This document shows, piece after piece, positions 17,396-27,555 of a stretch of DNA of 64,000 nucleotides. Position 1 is the first letter of the stretch, and every line of letters starts with the position of its first letter. Origin of the DNA: a virus (taxonomy: Duplodnaviria > Caudoviricetes); IMG/VR virus record IMGVR_UViG_2811995334_000013, positions 342 to 64,341 of that record. One strand, 5' to 3'. The position numbers and the translations under genes are program-made. The notes below the pieces were generated by a model that was not told the DNA's origin, did no database searches, and saw only the letters and a list, made by a program, of their open reading frames with translations.

Positions 17396-18360
17396 CCGTA
17401 CTTCTTGATGACGCCGGCCAGCGGCACAGCCGCCTTGTCCTTGAACGAGTCCGGCAGCACCGTGACGTCCGCCGCGAGACAGGTCGTGGTGGTGTAGTAC
17501 TCGTTCGCACGCGTGTCGCCCGAGTGCTCAGCGAGCATCACGTAGTAGAAGCCGTCGTCCTGCAGCTTCGCCTGCATCTCAATCCGCTCGTTCTGGGCCT
17601 GCTGCCCGACGTTGAGGCTGTACTCGTATTGCTGCACGCTCGCGTTGTCGAGCCAGATCAGCCGGCCGATCTTGATGCTCGGGTTCTGCAGCATCTTCAC
17701 CTCGATGCCGTTCGCCGTCTGCTGCGGGAGTCCAACCATCCCTGTTTCGGACGTGATCACCGGGATGTCGCCGGGCATGTACGCGGTCTCCGGCACCAGG
17801 ACGACCTTTCCGTCCTGGATGCTCCAAACCGTCTGGGTCGTTTTCGCGATCCCACGAAGGAAGTCACGGGCCATCCCGAACATCACCTTGCCCCGCGGCA
17901 ACGGGTTAGATGTCACCTGCGGAACGTATCCAAGCGTCACCCCGTACGGATTCATCGCAGCCGTTGCGACAGCAATGTGATCTGTCGCGATCGATCCAGC
18001 CGCGAGCGTCGTATTGACCACCGCGAAGTTGTACGCCGAATCGCCGTCGGCTGCCGTGATGTCGAGGAACGTGGTGGTCTGGCTCTCGCGCCCGCGGCGC
18101 ACCTGCTTGATCGAACCGTCGAAGATGATCCCGAAGTTGCCTTCGTAGCCGGCCTGCAGCACGACGCGCGTGAATTCCTTCTGCGCGCGCCGCGCGGTTG
18201 CCGCTGACACGTTGTAGACGCGGATCCGCGCCGAGTTCGGCGTCTGGAGGTCGCCGCGCTGCACGCGGTACACGATCCGCAGATCGGACACGTCGAGCGC
18301 CTCCCCACTATTGAAGCCGATGATCAGCGATACCTTTCGGCCAAACTGCTGAACGCTCAT
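17392..18360 (-). CDS. Baseplate hub protein (Mu gp44/gpD-like)
   Basis: PNSARIRVYN, LQAGYEGNFGIIFDG, WSIQDG, SETGMVGLP. Confidence 0.85.
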   Translation of the reverse strand: MSVQQFGRKVSLIIGFNSGEALDVSDLRIVYRVQRGDLQTPNSARIRVYNVSAATARRAQKEFTRVVLQAGYEGNFGIIFDGSIKQVRRGRESQTTTFLDITAADGDSAYNFAVVNTTLAAGSIATDHIAVATAAMNPYGVTLGYVPQVTSNPLPRGKVMFGMARDFLRGIAKTTQTVWSIQDGKVVLVPETAYMPGDIPVITSETGMVGLPQQTANGIEVKMLQNPSIKIGRLIWLDNASVQQYEYSLNVGQQAQNERIEMQAKLQDDGFYYVMLAEHSGDTRANEYYTTTTCLAADVTVLPDSFKDKAAVPLAGVIKKYG

Positions 18361-18674
18361 TGGTCCGTCACCCAGAAAACATGCGACCCGATGCCGAGAT
18401 CCTCATACGTCGGAACGTCATCGGGACTGGCGGCCCCCTGCACCCACAACCGCCCCTGAAACCCGAGGTGCTTGTGCTGCGCGAGCAGATCGACGCCCGT
18501 CACCAGCGGCAGGCCGCTGACGAGCGGATTGTCGGATGCGTCCGCGATGTCGAGCACCCAGCCCGTGCCGCCAGCCTTCCGATATTGGATCGTCAGCCGG
18601 TAATCGACGCCGCTGAGCGTCACCGTGAAGCGCTCGGGCCGCGGAGAGAAAGGAACCTCGAAGTAGCTCGGCAT
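18357..18674 (-). CDS. Baseplate plug-like small protein
   Basis: MPSYFEVP..WVLDIAD..PLVTGVDLLAQH; position between Dit-like and hub genes. Confidence 0.7.
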   Translation of the reverse strand: MPSYFEVPFSPRPERFTVTLSGVDYRLTIQYRKAGGTGWVLDIADASDNPLVSGLPLVTGVDLLAQHKHLGFQGRLWVQGAASPDDVPTYEDLGIGSHVFWVTDQ

Positions 18675-19249
18675 CACATGCTCTCCGGCGGCACGGCGCC
18701 GCCCGGCGCCGGCGTCGCGGGCACGGCCGCCTTCACGCCACCGTTGTCCGTCTCCGCCGTCGACGCCGGATCCGCTTGATCCTCGCGCGGCGGCAACTTC
18801 GTCGCCTGCGTCGACACGATCCTGATCTGCTTGAGCGTCGCAGTCAGCACGAGCGCGCTGGACGTCTTCGAGTCGGTCGTGAGGCGCAGGCCCTGCAGCA
18901 GCATGTCGCGGTAGAGGCGGCGGCTCGTCGTCACGTCGAACGGCGTGCGCGCCTCCTGCAGCGCGAGCAGCTGCGAGTAGATCGCGTTGACGTACTGCGC
19001 AGACGGCAGGCCGCCTCCTTCGAAAGTCGCCTCCGCGGCGCCGAGCAGCGCCTCGTAGTCGGAGTTGCTCCAGCCGCACCGCATGGTCAAGTCGGGCTGT
19101 CGCTTGAACGCGTGGTCCGTGATCTCGGCCCCTTTCTCGACCGGGTGCTCGGTGATCGTCAGCTCGTCGTTGTGGATCTCCTCGATCGCGACCTGCACGC
19201 GGATGCTGCCGATCTTCTTGGGCGCGATCATGATCATGTCGAGGGTCAC
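18674..19249 (-). CDS. Dit-like distal tail/baseplate protein
   Basis: ITEHPVEKGAEITDHA motif directly after tape measure. Confidence 0.8.
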   Translation of the reverse strand: MTLDMIMIAPKKIGSIRVQVAIEEIHNDELTITEHPVEKGAEITDHAFKRQPDLTMRCGWSNSDYEALLGAAEATFEGGGLPSAQYVNAIYSQLLALQEARTPFDVTTSRRLYRDMLLQGLRLTTDSKTSSALVLTATLKQIRIVSTQATKLPPREDQADPASTAETDNGGVKAAVPATPAPGGAVPPESM

Positions 19250-21255
19250 GCGATCACCCCCTGAAAGTTCCGCACCATGTCCGCGTTCACCGCGCGCTGC
19301 TCGCGCTCAACTGCGCGACCGGCCGCCGACGGATCGCCAGCGCCATTCACGTGGATCTGCGTGGTCTGGTTCAACTCGATCTTCCCGCCACCGGCGCGCG
19401 AGCCAGCCGCCTGCGCGGCGACGGCAGCCGGCTGCTGGTACGTCGCGCGCGTGTTGCGCAGCGCGGACTCCATCTCGGCAGCCGTGATGCTCGCGCGGTT
19501 GTTGCCCTTGCCGGCGTAGTAGCTGCGGCCCGTGTCCGGGTCCGCCACGCTCGCCCACTCGCGCGACGCCGCGCGCAGCGCCGCACGCAGGTCGCCGCTA
19601 CGCCCCTCGACGTAATCCGCGATCGCGCGCCGCTTGTTGCGCACCAGGTACTCGCTGAAGATCCGGTCCTGCAGTTTCCGGTCGAACATCTCGCTGCCGT
19701 TCAGCTTCATCGCGTTCGCCGCTTCGGACAACGTGCCCCCGATGATCTGGTACCGGCCGGCGGCATTGAACTGGCCGGTGCGCTGCGCCGCCATGACCTG
19801 CGCCAGCGTCATGCCCTCAAGGTTCTCAGTCCCGGACCGGTATCCGCCGCGTGCGCCGCGGTTCACGCTGTTGTAGTCGCCCTCGCCGCGCGAGATCAGG
19901 CGACCGAACGCAGTGTCGGCCAGCCGCTCCATCGTGCCGGCGGCACCAGCCGGCACCGCCGCGGGCGCCTGCGAGGCCGCCGTCGGCGCGCCGCGCGGCG
20001 CCGTCAACTTGGCGCCGCCGCCACCATCCTTCCTAACGCTGTCGAGTTCTTCCTGCGTGTAACCGCCGGTCGCGTCGAGGCCTCGGCGATCCTTTCCCGT
20101 CAGCACGTCCCACAACGAGCGGAAGCGGCCGCCACTGGCCTGAGTGAGCTGCTTGTCGTACCAGTCGCGGATCGCATCCCCGATTTTCCAGCCAGCGAAT
20201 GCTGCTCCCGCGATCGCCGACAGTCGCCCCAACAGACCAATCAACGACCCAACGCGACCGATCAGAGCAGAGATGGTAGGCGCGGTGCCAGTACCCGCCG
20301 CGCCCATTGCGCGCAGCGCTGCCGCCATTTTCCAGATCCCCTTTGCGATCCGGAACACACCGAGCATCTTCAGCGCCACACCGAGCAACAGGATCTTCGT
20401 GGACCAGCCGTCCGTCCCGCGGTCGAGCTCGACGAACTTGTCGGCCAGCCACGCCAGCGGCGGCCCCATCACCTCGGCGGCCTTCAGCACGGCGTTCGCG
20501 ATTTCGGCGATGCGATTCGCGATCTGCTCGCCGTGCTCGTCCATCCACTTCTGGAAGCGATCGAGCTGTGGGCCGATCTTCTGCAGCATCGCGCCTTCGA
20601 CGCGGATGGCGAGATTCTCGAACGTCGTACCGAGCCCGCGCAGCTGCGTCATGAAGCGGTGCGAGTCGTCGGCCGCCTTGTCCAGGCCGGTCGTCTTCGA
20701 CATCTCGCGGTACTGCTTCAGGAGCTTCTCGAAATCCCCGTTGCGCATCGCGAGCATCAGGTTCTCGTCGATGCCGAGGATGTTCCCGTACTGGCTCGCG
20801 AGCCACGTCGGCTTCTTCGCCAACGCGCCGCCGAGGTCGGACATGATGTCGACCGTGTCGCGCAGCTCGCCGTTGGCGTTGCGCGTCTGCACGCCCAGCG
20901 TCGCGAGATAGCCCTCGCCAGCCGGGTTGTTGCGCAGGAAGCGCGCGAGGTTCTCGATCGTGCCGGTCGCCGCCTCGGCCGAGACGCCCATGTTCCTCGC
21001 GGCGAACTCGAACCCGCGCAGACTGGTAGCCGACGCGCCGGTGCGCTGTGCCACGAAATACAAGCGCTCGAGCTTCGACGCGAATGCCGCGACGCCTGCG
21101 CTGACGGTCAGTGCCGCGCCGGAGATCGTCGTGATGAGCTGCTTGACGCCCTTGGTGGTGTCCTCGACGCCTTCCTTGAACTTCTTCAGGCCCTTCTCGT
21201 CGACCTTAAAACCGAGCGCGACTAGGAATTCGCGGATGACGACGGAATCAGCCAT
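19246..21255 (-). CDS. Tape measure protein with C-terminal lysozyme-like domain
   Basis: VIREFLVALGF start, helical repeats; ISRGEG-DYN..AAGRYQII..TL lysozyme motif. Confidence 0.85.
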   Translation of the reverse strand: MADSVVIREFLVALGFKVDEKGLKKFKEGVEDTTKGVKQLITTISGAALTVSAGVAAFASKLERLYFVAQRTGASATSLRGFEFAARNMGVSAEAATGTIENLARFLRNNPAGEGYLATLGVQTRNANGELRDTVDIMSDLGGALAKKPTWLASQYGNILGIDENLMLAMRNGDFEKLLKQYREMSKTTGLDKAADDSHRFMTQLRGLGTTFENLAIRVEGAMLQKIGPQLDRFQKWMDEHGEQIANRIAEIANAVLKAAEVMGPPLAWLADKFVELDRGTDGWSTKILLLGVALKMLGVFRIAKGIWKMAAALRAMGAAGTGTAPTISALIGRVGSLIGLLGRLSAIAGAAFAGWKIGDAIRDWYDKQLTQASGGRFRSLWDVLTGKDRRGLDATGGYTQEELDSVRKDGGGGAKLTAPRGAPTAASQAPAAVPAGAAGTMERLADTAFGRLISRGEGDYNSVNRGARGGYRSGTENLEGMTLAQVMAAQRTGQFNAAGRYQIIGGTLSEAANAMKLNGSEMFDRKLQDRIFSEYLVRNKRRAIADYVEGRSGDLRAALRAASREWASVADPDTGRSYYAGKGNNRASITAAEMESALRNTRATYQQPAAVAAQAAGSRAGGGKIELNQTTQIHVNGAGDPSAAGRAVEREQRAVNADMVRNFQGVIA

Positions 21256-21500
21256 TTTCTCTTTCCATCTTGCGGCGGAACGCCGCTTCGTTGTCTGCCC
21301 GGACGGCGAGGGAGTCGTTCATCAGCGCGACGTCGGCGAGGCCGAGCGTTCCGTCGAGCAGCGACTCGTACCGGCACATCTGCGCGTGTACCGGCGCGAG
21401 CAACCAGTCTTCGCCGCCGGGCAGCGTGCGGATCCAGCCTAGATCGCCGCTGGGCTGCTCGCTTGGCTGGTAAGCAGCCCGCTGATAAAAGGACCGAGGT
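21248..21500 (-). CDS. Tail chaperone second ORF (probable -1 frameshift extension)
   Basis: LPGGEDWLLAPV..YESLLDGTLGLADVALMND; no suitable ATG; overlaps 3' end of chaperone in -1 frame. Confidence 0.6.
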
Positions 21501-21987
21501 TCGCCACCACGACGCGCACGACAAGCGGCAGCATCACGTCGATGCCGATGTCGTCGAACATCGACGTCTTGTGCGCTGCAGACCACACCTTCGCCCAGCC
21601 CGCGCCCTGCCCCCGTTCGACGACGGACAGGCACGTGCCGAACACGTATTCGGCGTCCTCGTCCTTCAGGCCGGCCAGCGCGTCGGCGAACGGCTGCAGC
21701 ACCGGCGCAACCGCGTCGACCAGCGACAGCAGGTCGCGCGACTGGTCGGCCGCGGGAGTCGCTGCGTCGGGCACCGGCGCGCCGCCAACCAGGGCTGCGA
21801 GCGCGCTGTTCGCGCGCGCCTGGTCGCGCGCGGCATCGGCCTGTTCGAGTTCGGCGTAGAACTTCACCAGCACCGGGATCATCGGCGGGATGATCGGCGC
21901 GATGCGTCGCGACACGTGGAACTGCTGCATCGCGCTCAGCTTGCCGATCGCGTACCGCGCGCCATTGAGTTCGATTTCGGTCGCCAT
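21439..21987 (-). CDS. Tail assembly chaperone
   Basis: MATEIELNGARYAIGKLSAMQQFHVSRRIAP; between tube and tape measure. Confidence 0.8.
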   Translation of the reverse strand: MATEIELNGARYAIGKLSAMQQFHVSRRIAPIIPPMIPVLVKFYAELEQADAARDQARANSALAALVGGAPVPDAATPAADQSRDLLSLVDAVAPVLQPFADALAGLKDEDAEYVFGTCLSVVERGQGAGWAKVWSAAHKTSMFDDIGIDVMLPLVVRVVVANLGPFISGLLTSQASSPAAI

Positions 21988-21989
21988 GG

Positions 21990-22430
21990 TCAGTACGTCC
22001 CGAGGATGCCGTCGATCTTGATCGCGTCGAAGACCCATTCGACGATGCCGCCGTCCTTCGCGTACTTCAACTCCGGCGCCTTCTTGAATGCGCAACTACG
22101 CGCGGACACCACGTCGCCGGCGGCCGTCTGGCGCACCTCAATCAGGTTCTTGCCCCACAGGCGGCTGTCGAGCGACTGTGCGTCGTAGAGCGCCATCAGC
22201 TTCGCATTGATCGGCGCTGTCTTGAGGTAGCGAAGCGTGACCTGACCAGACTTGTCAGCATGCAGGCTGTGCATACCCTCCCCGTCCGATGCGATCGTCA
22301 TCGTGTTCTTGTCGCCCGCACGCGCGATCGTTATGCCTTCTTCCGCAGTCGCCTCGCCATAGCCGAGCGAAAATGCACCACCAGGTCCGACGATCGTCGC
22401 CGCGACATCCTGAAAACTATACGTTGCCAT
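21990..22430 (-). CDS. Tail tube protein (DUF3277)
   Basis: MATYSFQDV..GADGEGMHS-like motif; follows sheath. Confidence 0.85.
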   Translation of the reverse strand: MATYSFQDVAATIVGPGGAFSLGYGEATAEEGITIARAGDKNTMTIASDGEGMHSLHADKSGQVTLRYLKTAPINAKLMALYDAQSLDSRLWGKNLIEVRQTAAGDVVSARSCAFKKAPELKYAKDGGIVEWVFDAIKIDGILGTY

Positions 22431-22444
22431 CGTGACTTCTCCCT

Positions 22445-23920
22445 TTACCGGTTGACCGTGACCAGCACGTCGACGCTGTGAATCGCGCCTGCTTCCTTCG
22501 CTGCGATCTGGAACGGAACGGCCTTCCTCGCCTCACGATCGGCTTGCGACTGCGTCGCGATCTGCGGCACGTAGATGTAGTAGCCGGTCGCGAGCGTGTC
22601 GCCCTTCGAGATCGCACCGAACCCATCGGAGTTCCAGACGCCTGGAGCCAGATACCCGTTGTTTACTGCTGCTTCGCAGCCGGTCGCCAGCACCGCGGCA
22701 AGGCTTGCGTTGCCGGGATCCGTTTGCGGAATCTTCGTCGGGCTCTGATAAAGCGCGTTGTACAGATCCGTCTGCAGACGGTTGCGGAACCAGATCGCGT
22801 TGTAGACCGAGTCAGCAAAGATGCCGCTCGGAGTGACGCCGTACTGGATGATCGACGTGTCGTTGCTGTACGCGACGAAGACGTTGCAGTTCTTCGCCTG
22901 CAGGGTGTTCGCCTGCGTGGTCGTGAGTTGCTCGGCCGCGACGCTCGGCTCCTGCTTGAACATGACGGTAATCGTCGTGTTGTTGCCGTCAAAGTTCACC
23001 GTCAGCATGCGGCCGAGAAGCGACGAAATCGCGTACGGCGACGAGCTCGAATACTGCAGGAGCGTGTACTTCAGATTCAGCGCCTTCAGGCGACTCGCGA
23101 TGTCGGTCGTGACGGTCGAATCAAGCACCTGCGAGTTCTGCGTCGTGATCCCGTAGATGTGCGCCTGGTCGGCTTCGATCAGGTTCGCGACCGCGATGTG
23201 CTGGTCGTCGGTGATCGATGCGTCGGCGAAGTCGAGACCGAGGAACTTGTTCGCAAAGCGGTCGAGGAACATCGAGACAGCGTCGACCGGCTGCTCGGGC
23301 ACGATGCCATCAGCTGGCGTGCCGGCAAGGCCGTTCGTCAGTCCGAGCATCGCCGAAACATCGGCTCCGCCGCCGGGCGCAGTCGCATAGCTGACCTTCG
23401 AGTTCGTGCCCGTAGTGCTCGACGTCACCACAAACTGCGAGCCATTCCAGACGATCGTCGCACCCGTCAGCTTGGCGTTGATCACCGTTGCGACACCGTT
23501 CAGGTTGGTCTGCGCGGAGAAATCCAGCGCCGTGACGGCCTTCGCGGTGCCGTCGATCGAGATGTTGAACGCGCCGGTCGTGATCGCCTTCCAGACGGTG
23601 ATGTCCTGCTGCGCCGCCGACAGCGCGCCACCGCGCAGCGAGCCCGACGTCGCCGTCTTCGCCCAGCGGCCGATCATCAGTTGCTGCGGCTGCGGCACCT
23701 GGTTGAAATACAGCGCCGCGGCGAAGTACTCCGGCGTGTTCGTGCCGTAATCGCCTGTCACCTCGGTGATGCCACCGTACGAGCGCGCTCGCTCGTTGGT
23801 GTCGATGACGGCCGACGGGCCGAGAATGAGCCCGGTGTTCATATTCGCGCCCCGCGCCGCGAGCGCTGCGAGGTTGATCGTGACGTTGATCAGGCGCGAT
23901 ACCGGCAATCCGTTGGACAT
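22445..23920 (-). CDS. Tail sheath protein (DUF3383)
   Basis: [37 protein letters not shown]. Confidence 0.9.
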   Translation of the reverse strand: MSNGLPVSRLINVTINLAALAARGANMNTGLILGPSAVIDTNERARSYGGITEVTGDYGTNTPEYFAAALYFNQVPQPQQLMIGRWAKTATSGSLRGGALSAAQQDITVWKAITTGAFNISIDGTAKAVTALDFSAQTNLNGVATVINAKLTGATIVWNGSQFVVTSSTTGTNSKVSYATAPGGGADVSAMLGLTNGLAGTPADGIVPEQPVDAVSMFLDRFANKFLGLDFADASITDDQHIAVANLIEADQAHIYGITTQNSQVLDSTVTTDIASRLKALNLKYTLLQYSSSSPYAISSLLGRMLTVNFDGNNTTITVMFKQEPSVAAEQLTTTQANTLQAKNCNVFVAYSNDTSIIQYGVTPSGIFADSVYNAIWFRNRLQTDLYNALYQSPTKIPQTDPGNASLAAVLATGCEAAVNNGYLAPGVWNSDGFGAISKGDTLATGYYIYVPQIATQSQADREARKAVPFQIAAKEAGAIHSVDVLVTVNR

Positions 23921-23929
23921 GCTGGTCCC

Positions 23930-24520
23930 CTACGAGTGGATGTTCGAAACGCCGGCCACCGGCGTCGACGAGTCGGTCGTCGTCGCCACGGTGGCCGATT
24001 TGAGGTTGAGGACCGCGTAGGTCCGGGTGATCTTGCGGCGCAGGGTCACGGTCATGTCGTAGCGCCGCACCCACTGCTGGTTGACCAGGTCAGGCACCGG
24101 GCGGATCGCACCGGAACCGACGAACGCCATGTCGAGCAGCTGGAGCTGCTCGCGGTTCTGCGGGATCGCAAGGCCGTCGGCGAGCCGCTGCGCATAGCCT
24201 TTCGCGTGTGGTCCGTAGAACGTGCACTGGACGTCGATGTCCTGGTGTCGGATGTACGTGTCGTGGCCTTCGCCGGTGCCGTCGTGCTGGATCGCCGGCG
24301 CGGCGTCCGGCTCCTGCTCCCGCACGCCGAACGCGCACCAATCGACGGATGGCTCCGGTTGCTTCGGGACGGTCGTCTGCCAACGCGGCCGCACGAGGTT
24401 GCCCGGCAGCGCCGTGACGCCTGCAATCAGGTCGTGGACCAGATCGTCGAGTTCGTCGTCCTCGTCCGGCGGCGCATCGACGGTTGGCGCCAGGTATCCG
24501 CCGGTCGAGCTGTCGTTCAT
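23930..24520 (-). CDS. Neck/tail terminator protein
   Basis: DSSTGGYL..VRPRWQ..QNREQL; position before sheath. Confidence 0.7.
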   Translation of the reverse strand: MNDSSTGGYLAPTVDAPPDEDDELDDLVHDLIAGVTALPGNLVRPRWQTTVPKQPEPSVDWCAFGVREQEPDAAPAIQHDGTGEGHDTYIRHQDIDVQCTFYGPHAKGYAQRLADGLAIPQNREQLQLLDMAFVGSGAIRPVPDLVNQQWVRRYDMTVTLRRKITRTYAVLNLKSATVATTTDSSTPVAGVSNIHS

Positions 24521-24900
24521 GGGGTTCCCGAGAGAGGCTTGATGTCACACGTTGCGCAGACGAATCCGCGGCCGAAGTGCGAGTAGTCGTTCACGTTGAC
24601 GACCGTGTATGTGATCCCTTCCCACACAATTTCGTCCGCGTCGGCGCTGCCGTCGGGGCCGCCGTCGCGCAATCTGAATGGCGTGTGCAGCGTGATCGAG
24701 CCGACGATCCGGCTCCCGTCTGCGTTCCGGTGGAGGATGTCGCCCCTGTCGCTCGTCACGACTGCGGCGATTGGCGTCGCGGTCTGCGTGTTCTGAGCAC
24801 GCCCGTGCATGTCTACCGACTGCGTCATGCGGTTGCAGACCAGGCCGGTATCCATGAAATCCGGATCGAGCAGGACGTCGGTAACGTCGAGGAACGCCAT
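24517..24900 (-). CDS. Head-closure/stopper protein
   Basis: MAFLDVTDVLLDPDF; position in neck block. Confidence 0.65.
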   Translation of the reverse strand: MAFLDVTDVLLDPDFMDTGLVCNRMTQSVDMHGRAQNTQTATPIAAVVTSDRGDILHRNADGSRIVGSITLHTPFRLRDGGPDGSADADEIVWEGITYTVVNVNDYSHFGRGFVCATCDIKPLSGTP

Positions 24901-24960
24901 GCGGAACTCCAATGCAAAAGGGCCGCACTCGGCGGCCCTCGGAATCAGGAAAGCTGGGAA

Positions 24961-25437
24961 CTACTTCTTGCGGACCACGTACGTGATCGAGTTGCGGTAC
25001 TGGGCGGTATCGATCAGAGTGTTCTCGCGCATAACGCCGCGGCGCCGGCGCGCGGCCAGCGTCGTGTCAGCGAGCTTGGGCTGGATGTTGCTGTTGACCT
25101 TCGCGCGCACCGAGTTCTGTGCGACGAGGCCCGCGCGATTCAGGCTGCTCTCGACCTTCTCGAGGTCGCCGTCGAGCGCCGCTTCGACGCCCTTCTGCAG
25201 TTGCGGCTCGAACTTCGGCCGCGCGTCCTGCACGCCGGGAACCAGATGCGGGCGTGCCGGTATGTTGTTGGCCGGCGAGCCGTTCTCCATGATGTAGCCG
25301 ATCTCGGCGTTGCTCAGCGGCTCGCCCTGGTCCTTGCGGCCCGCGGTGCTGTCGGGTACGCCGACGAGCACCTCCTTCTGCACGAGCCCGCTGATCGACT
25401 TCAGGATCTCGTCGAGGCGGTCGAATGTCATGCCCAT
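24961..25437 (-). CDS. Neck protein (HK97 gp10-like)
   Basis: VLVGVP, IMENGSP..IPARPHL, LIDTAQYRNSITY. Confidence 0.7.
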   Translation of the reverse strand: MGMTFDRLDEILKSISGLVQKEVLVGVPDSTAGRKDQGEPLSNAEIGYIMENGSPANNIPARPHLVPGVQDARPKFEPQLQKGVEAALDGDLEKVESSLNRAGLVAQNSVRAKVNSNIQPKLADTTLAARRRRGVMRENTLIDTAQYRNSITYVVRKK

Positions 25438-25465
25438 GGGATTCTCCCGATGGGCATCAGCGGCG

Positions 25466-25846
25466 TTACAGCTGCATGCCGCCCGCGCCCATCATCTGTG
25501 CGAGGCTGAGATACCGGATTCCGTACATCGTGCCGTTCCAGAATCCGCCGTCCTTGATCGCGACGGCTGCGGTGTCGTAGCTGGTGCTGACCTTGTCGAC
25601 GGACTTCGACGACTGCGGCCCGGTCACCTGCCCGGGCACGCCGCCAATCGCCGCCGTCTTCTGATCCTTGGCAGCCAGCGCGAGGTGGTGCGCGGTGACC
25701 AGCGCGACGCCCAGGTCAGTCAGCTCGCCCCAGCGCTCGGCGTTGACGAGCGAGACCGCCACGGTCAGCCAGAACTGCACGAGCGGGTCGGAAAACGTCG
25801 TTGCATCGAACTCAGGAAACGATTGCCTGAACTGTGATACGTCCAC
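25466..25846 (-). CDS. Head-tail adaptor (DUF4054)
   Basis: FRQSFPEF, LVTAHHL, SKSVDKVSTSY, TMYG. Confidence 0.85.
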   Translation of the reverse strand: MDVSQFRQSFPEFDATTFSDPLVQFWLTVAVSLVNAERWGELTDLGVALVTAHHLALAAKDQKTAAIGGVPGQVTGPQSSKSVDKVSTSYDTAAVAIKDGGFWNGTMYGIRYLSLAQMMGAGGMQL

Positions 25847-25910
25847 GGATCACCTCATCGAGTGTGCGGGTGCCCGGCGCGCGCCGATCCGGCACGCCGC
25901 CGGGAGGCCA

Positions 25911-26393
25911 TTATGCCTTCTTCCCGCTTCCGGACTTCTGCGACGCGCTGTCGGTTGCGCCATCCTTCGCGGCGGAACTCGCGGCATCCTTCTGTGCCGC
26001 CTCGAAAGCCGCGGCGCGCGTGGCGAGATCCTTCTCGCTCGCAGTCACCGCGGCTTCACGCGTATCGAGCGCTGCCGCGCGCTCGTCGAGCCCCTTGCCG
26101 ACCGCATCGAGCTCGACGCGCAGCTTCTCCAGGCGATCCGACTCCGCCTGCAGATCGGCCTTCGCCGACGCGATCGCCGCGGCCTCGGCGGCGGCTTGGG
26201 CCGCTGCATCAACTTCCGACGGTGCGCCATCAGCGACATTGGCCGGCATCGGACCGATGTGCGCCTTCGCGTACCAGTGCGCAGCGATGTAGTCCTCGAC
26301 ATCCTGCACGCCGGCCTGGATCGCACGCACGACTTCCTCACCCTCGTGCGTCAGACGAATCGTGAACGCCTTGAGAACGTTGACTTGTGCCAT
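25911..26393 (-). CDS. Phage-associated protein (STY1053-like)
   Basis: VNVLKAFT..AAHWYAKAH then coiled coil; directly after capsid. Confidence 0.55.
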   Translation of the reverse strand: MAQVNVLKAFTIRLTHEGEEVVRAIQAGVQDVEDYIAAHWYAKAHIGPMPANVADGAPSEVDAAAQAAAEAAAIASAKADLQAESDRLEKLRVELDAVGKGLDERAAALDTREAAVTASEKDLATRAAAFEAAQKDAASSAAKDGATDSASQKSGSGKKA

Positions 26394-26394
26394 G

Positions 26395-27486
26395 TCAGAT
26401 TCCGTCCCGGTAAGCAGCCGTCGTACCGTAGCGCCACTCGATCCGCCCGATTCGCGACCAGTAGGTCGTGATCTGGTAGAGCGAACGGTACTCGAGCGGC
26501 GTGCGCTGCAGGTCCGTCATCGGGAACTGGACGTACTTCTTGTCGCTGTTGTACGCGACCATCCGGTCCACCGTGTTGAGCTGACCCTGCGTGCCTCCTG
26601 CGCCCGCGCCGATCAGCCACTTCAGCTCGAGAAATTCGAGCGGCGTGCCCAGTTGCCGACAGATATTGTTCTCGATGAGGTACGCGAGAATCGACTTGCT
26701 GCCGGCATTGCTGATGATCCGCGACGAGAGACTGCCGAGCACGGCCGGCGGCAGCATCAGCTTGTTCGGCTTTACCTTCCAGCCCGATGCCTGCCACGCC
26801 GAGGTGAGGATTTCGTTGACGTCCTTGAGAATTTCGTCGGGAGTCTTCGTGTTCCACTGCGGCGTGCCCGCCGCGCCGTTCGGAACGTTCGTGACACTAC
26901 CAACTGCGCTCGTCGAATTCACCAGCCCGGTGAAGTTCATCAGCGGATCGCCGTAGTAGACGATCTGGTCGAGGTCCATGTTGCGCTTGAGGTTCATCGC
27001 CTCGACCTTCTGCGCGTCGATCGGCGTGCCGAGCTGCTGCGACTTCACGAGCTCGGGCACCGTGTACTTGACCTCGGCACCCCAGAGCAGCATCGGTTGC
27101 GCCGTCTTGCCGATGTCGACCGACGGGCCGGCAAGCGCGTTGCCTTCGTTCGAGATCCAGTTCAAGCCGTTCGGGTTGATACCGCCGCTCATCCCGAACG
27201 CCGAGTTCGTGAACGAGGCGAGTTCGTCCGCCGCCGACACGTCGGTGCGGATGTGAACATCGCGCGACCAGGTGTACTCGACGAGCGGCTCGTTGAGCGT
27301 CTGGTCGAGGCGTTCGAGCTGGCCGACGAGGAACGCCCCCGTCGAGTCGATCGTCGCGCGATCGTAGGTGTACTGCTGGTCCTGCGTGCGCGCGCGGATC
27401 AGTCGGCGCGTCGCGTCCGCGACGGCCGCCGACATCGGGATCGACGCCCCGGCCCGGCGCAGGTGCTTCAGTTCGGACATGTCCAT
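26395..27486 (-). CDS. Major capsid protein (DUF2184)
   Basis: FLVGQLERLD, YTVPEL, NFTGL, RIEWRYG. Confidence 0.9.
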   Translation of the reverse strand: MDMSELKHLRRAGASIPMSAAVADATRRLIRARTQDQQYTYDRATIDSTGAFLVGQLERLDQTLNEPLVEYTWSRDVHIRTDVSAADELASFTNSAFGMSGGINPNGLNWISNEGNALAGPSVDIGKTAQPMLLWGAEVKYTVPELVKSQQLGTPIDAQKVEAMNLKRNMDLDQIVYYGDPLMNFTGLVNSTSAVGSVTNVPNGAAGTPQWNTKTPDEILKDVNEILTSAWQASGWKVKPNKLMLPPAVLGSLSSRIISNAGSKSILAYLIENNICRQLGTPLEFLELKWLIGAGAGGTQGQLNTVDRMVAYNSDKKYVQFPMTDLQRTPLEYRSLYQITTYWSRIGRIEWRYGTTAAYRDGI

Positions 27487-27505
27487 GTAATGGCTCCAGA
27501 AATGC

Positions 27506-27530
27506 AAAAGCCCCGCGATTGCGGGGCTTC
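27506..27530 (-). terminator. Terminator-like hairpin between decoration and capsid genes
   Basis: AAGCCCCGC-AATC-GCGGGGCTT-TT. Confidence 0.6.
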
Positions 27531-27555
27531 GGGTGAAGCGCTGTTCAGCGCCGGA

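Noticed and set aside
22478-24586. Very long plus-strand ORFs over the structural module (also 19351..21225, 26362..28899, 33369..34934, 53980..55824)
   Set aside because: Antisense shadows of high-GC genes: no motifs, and the opposite strand encodes recognisable proteins
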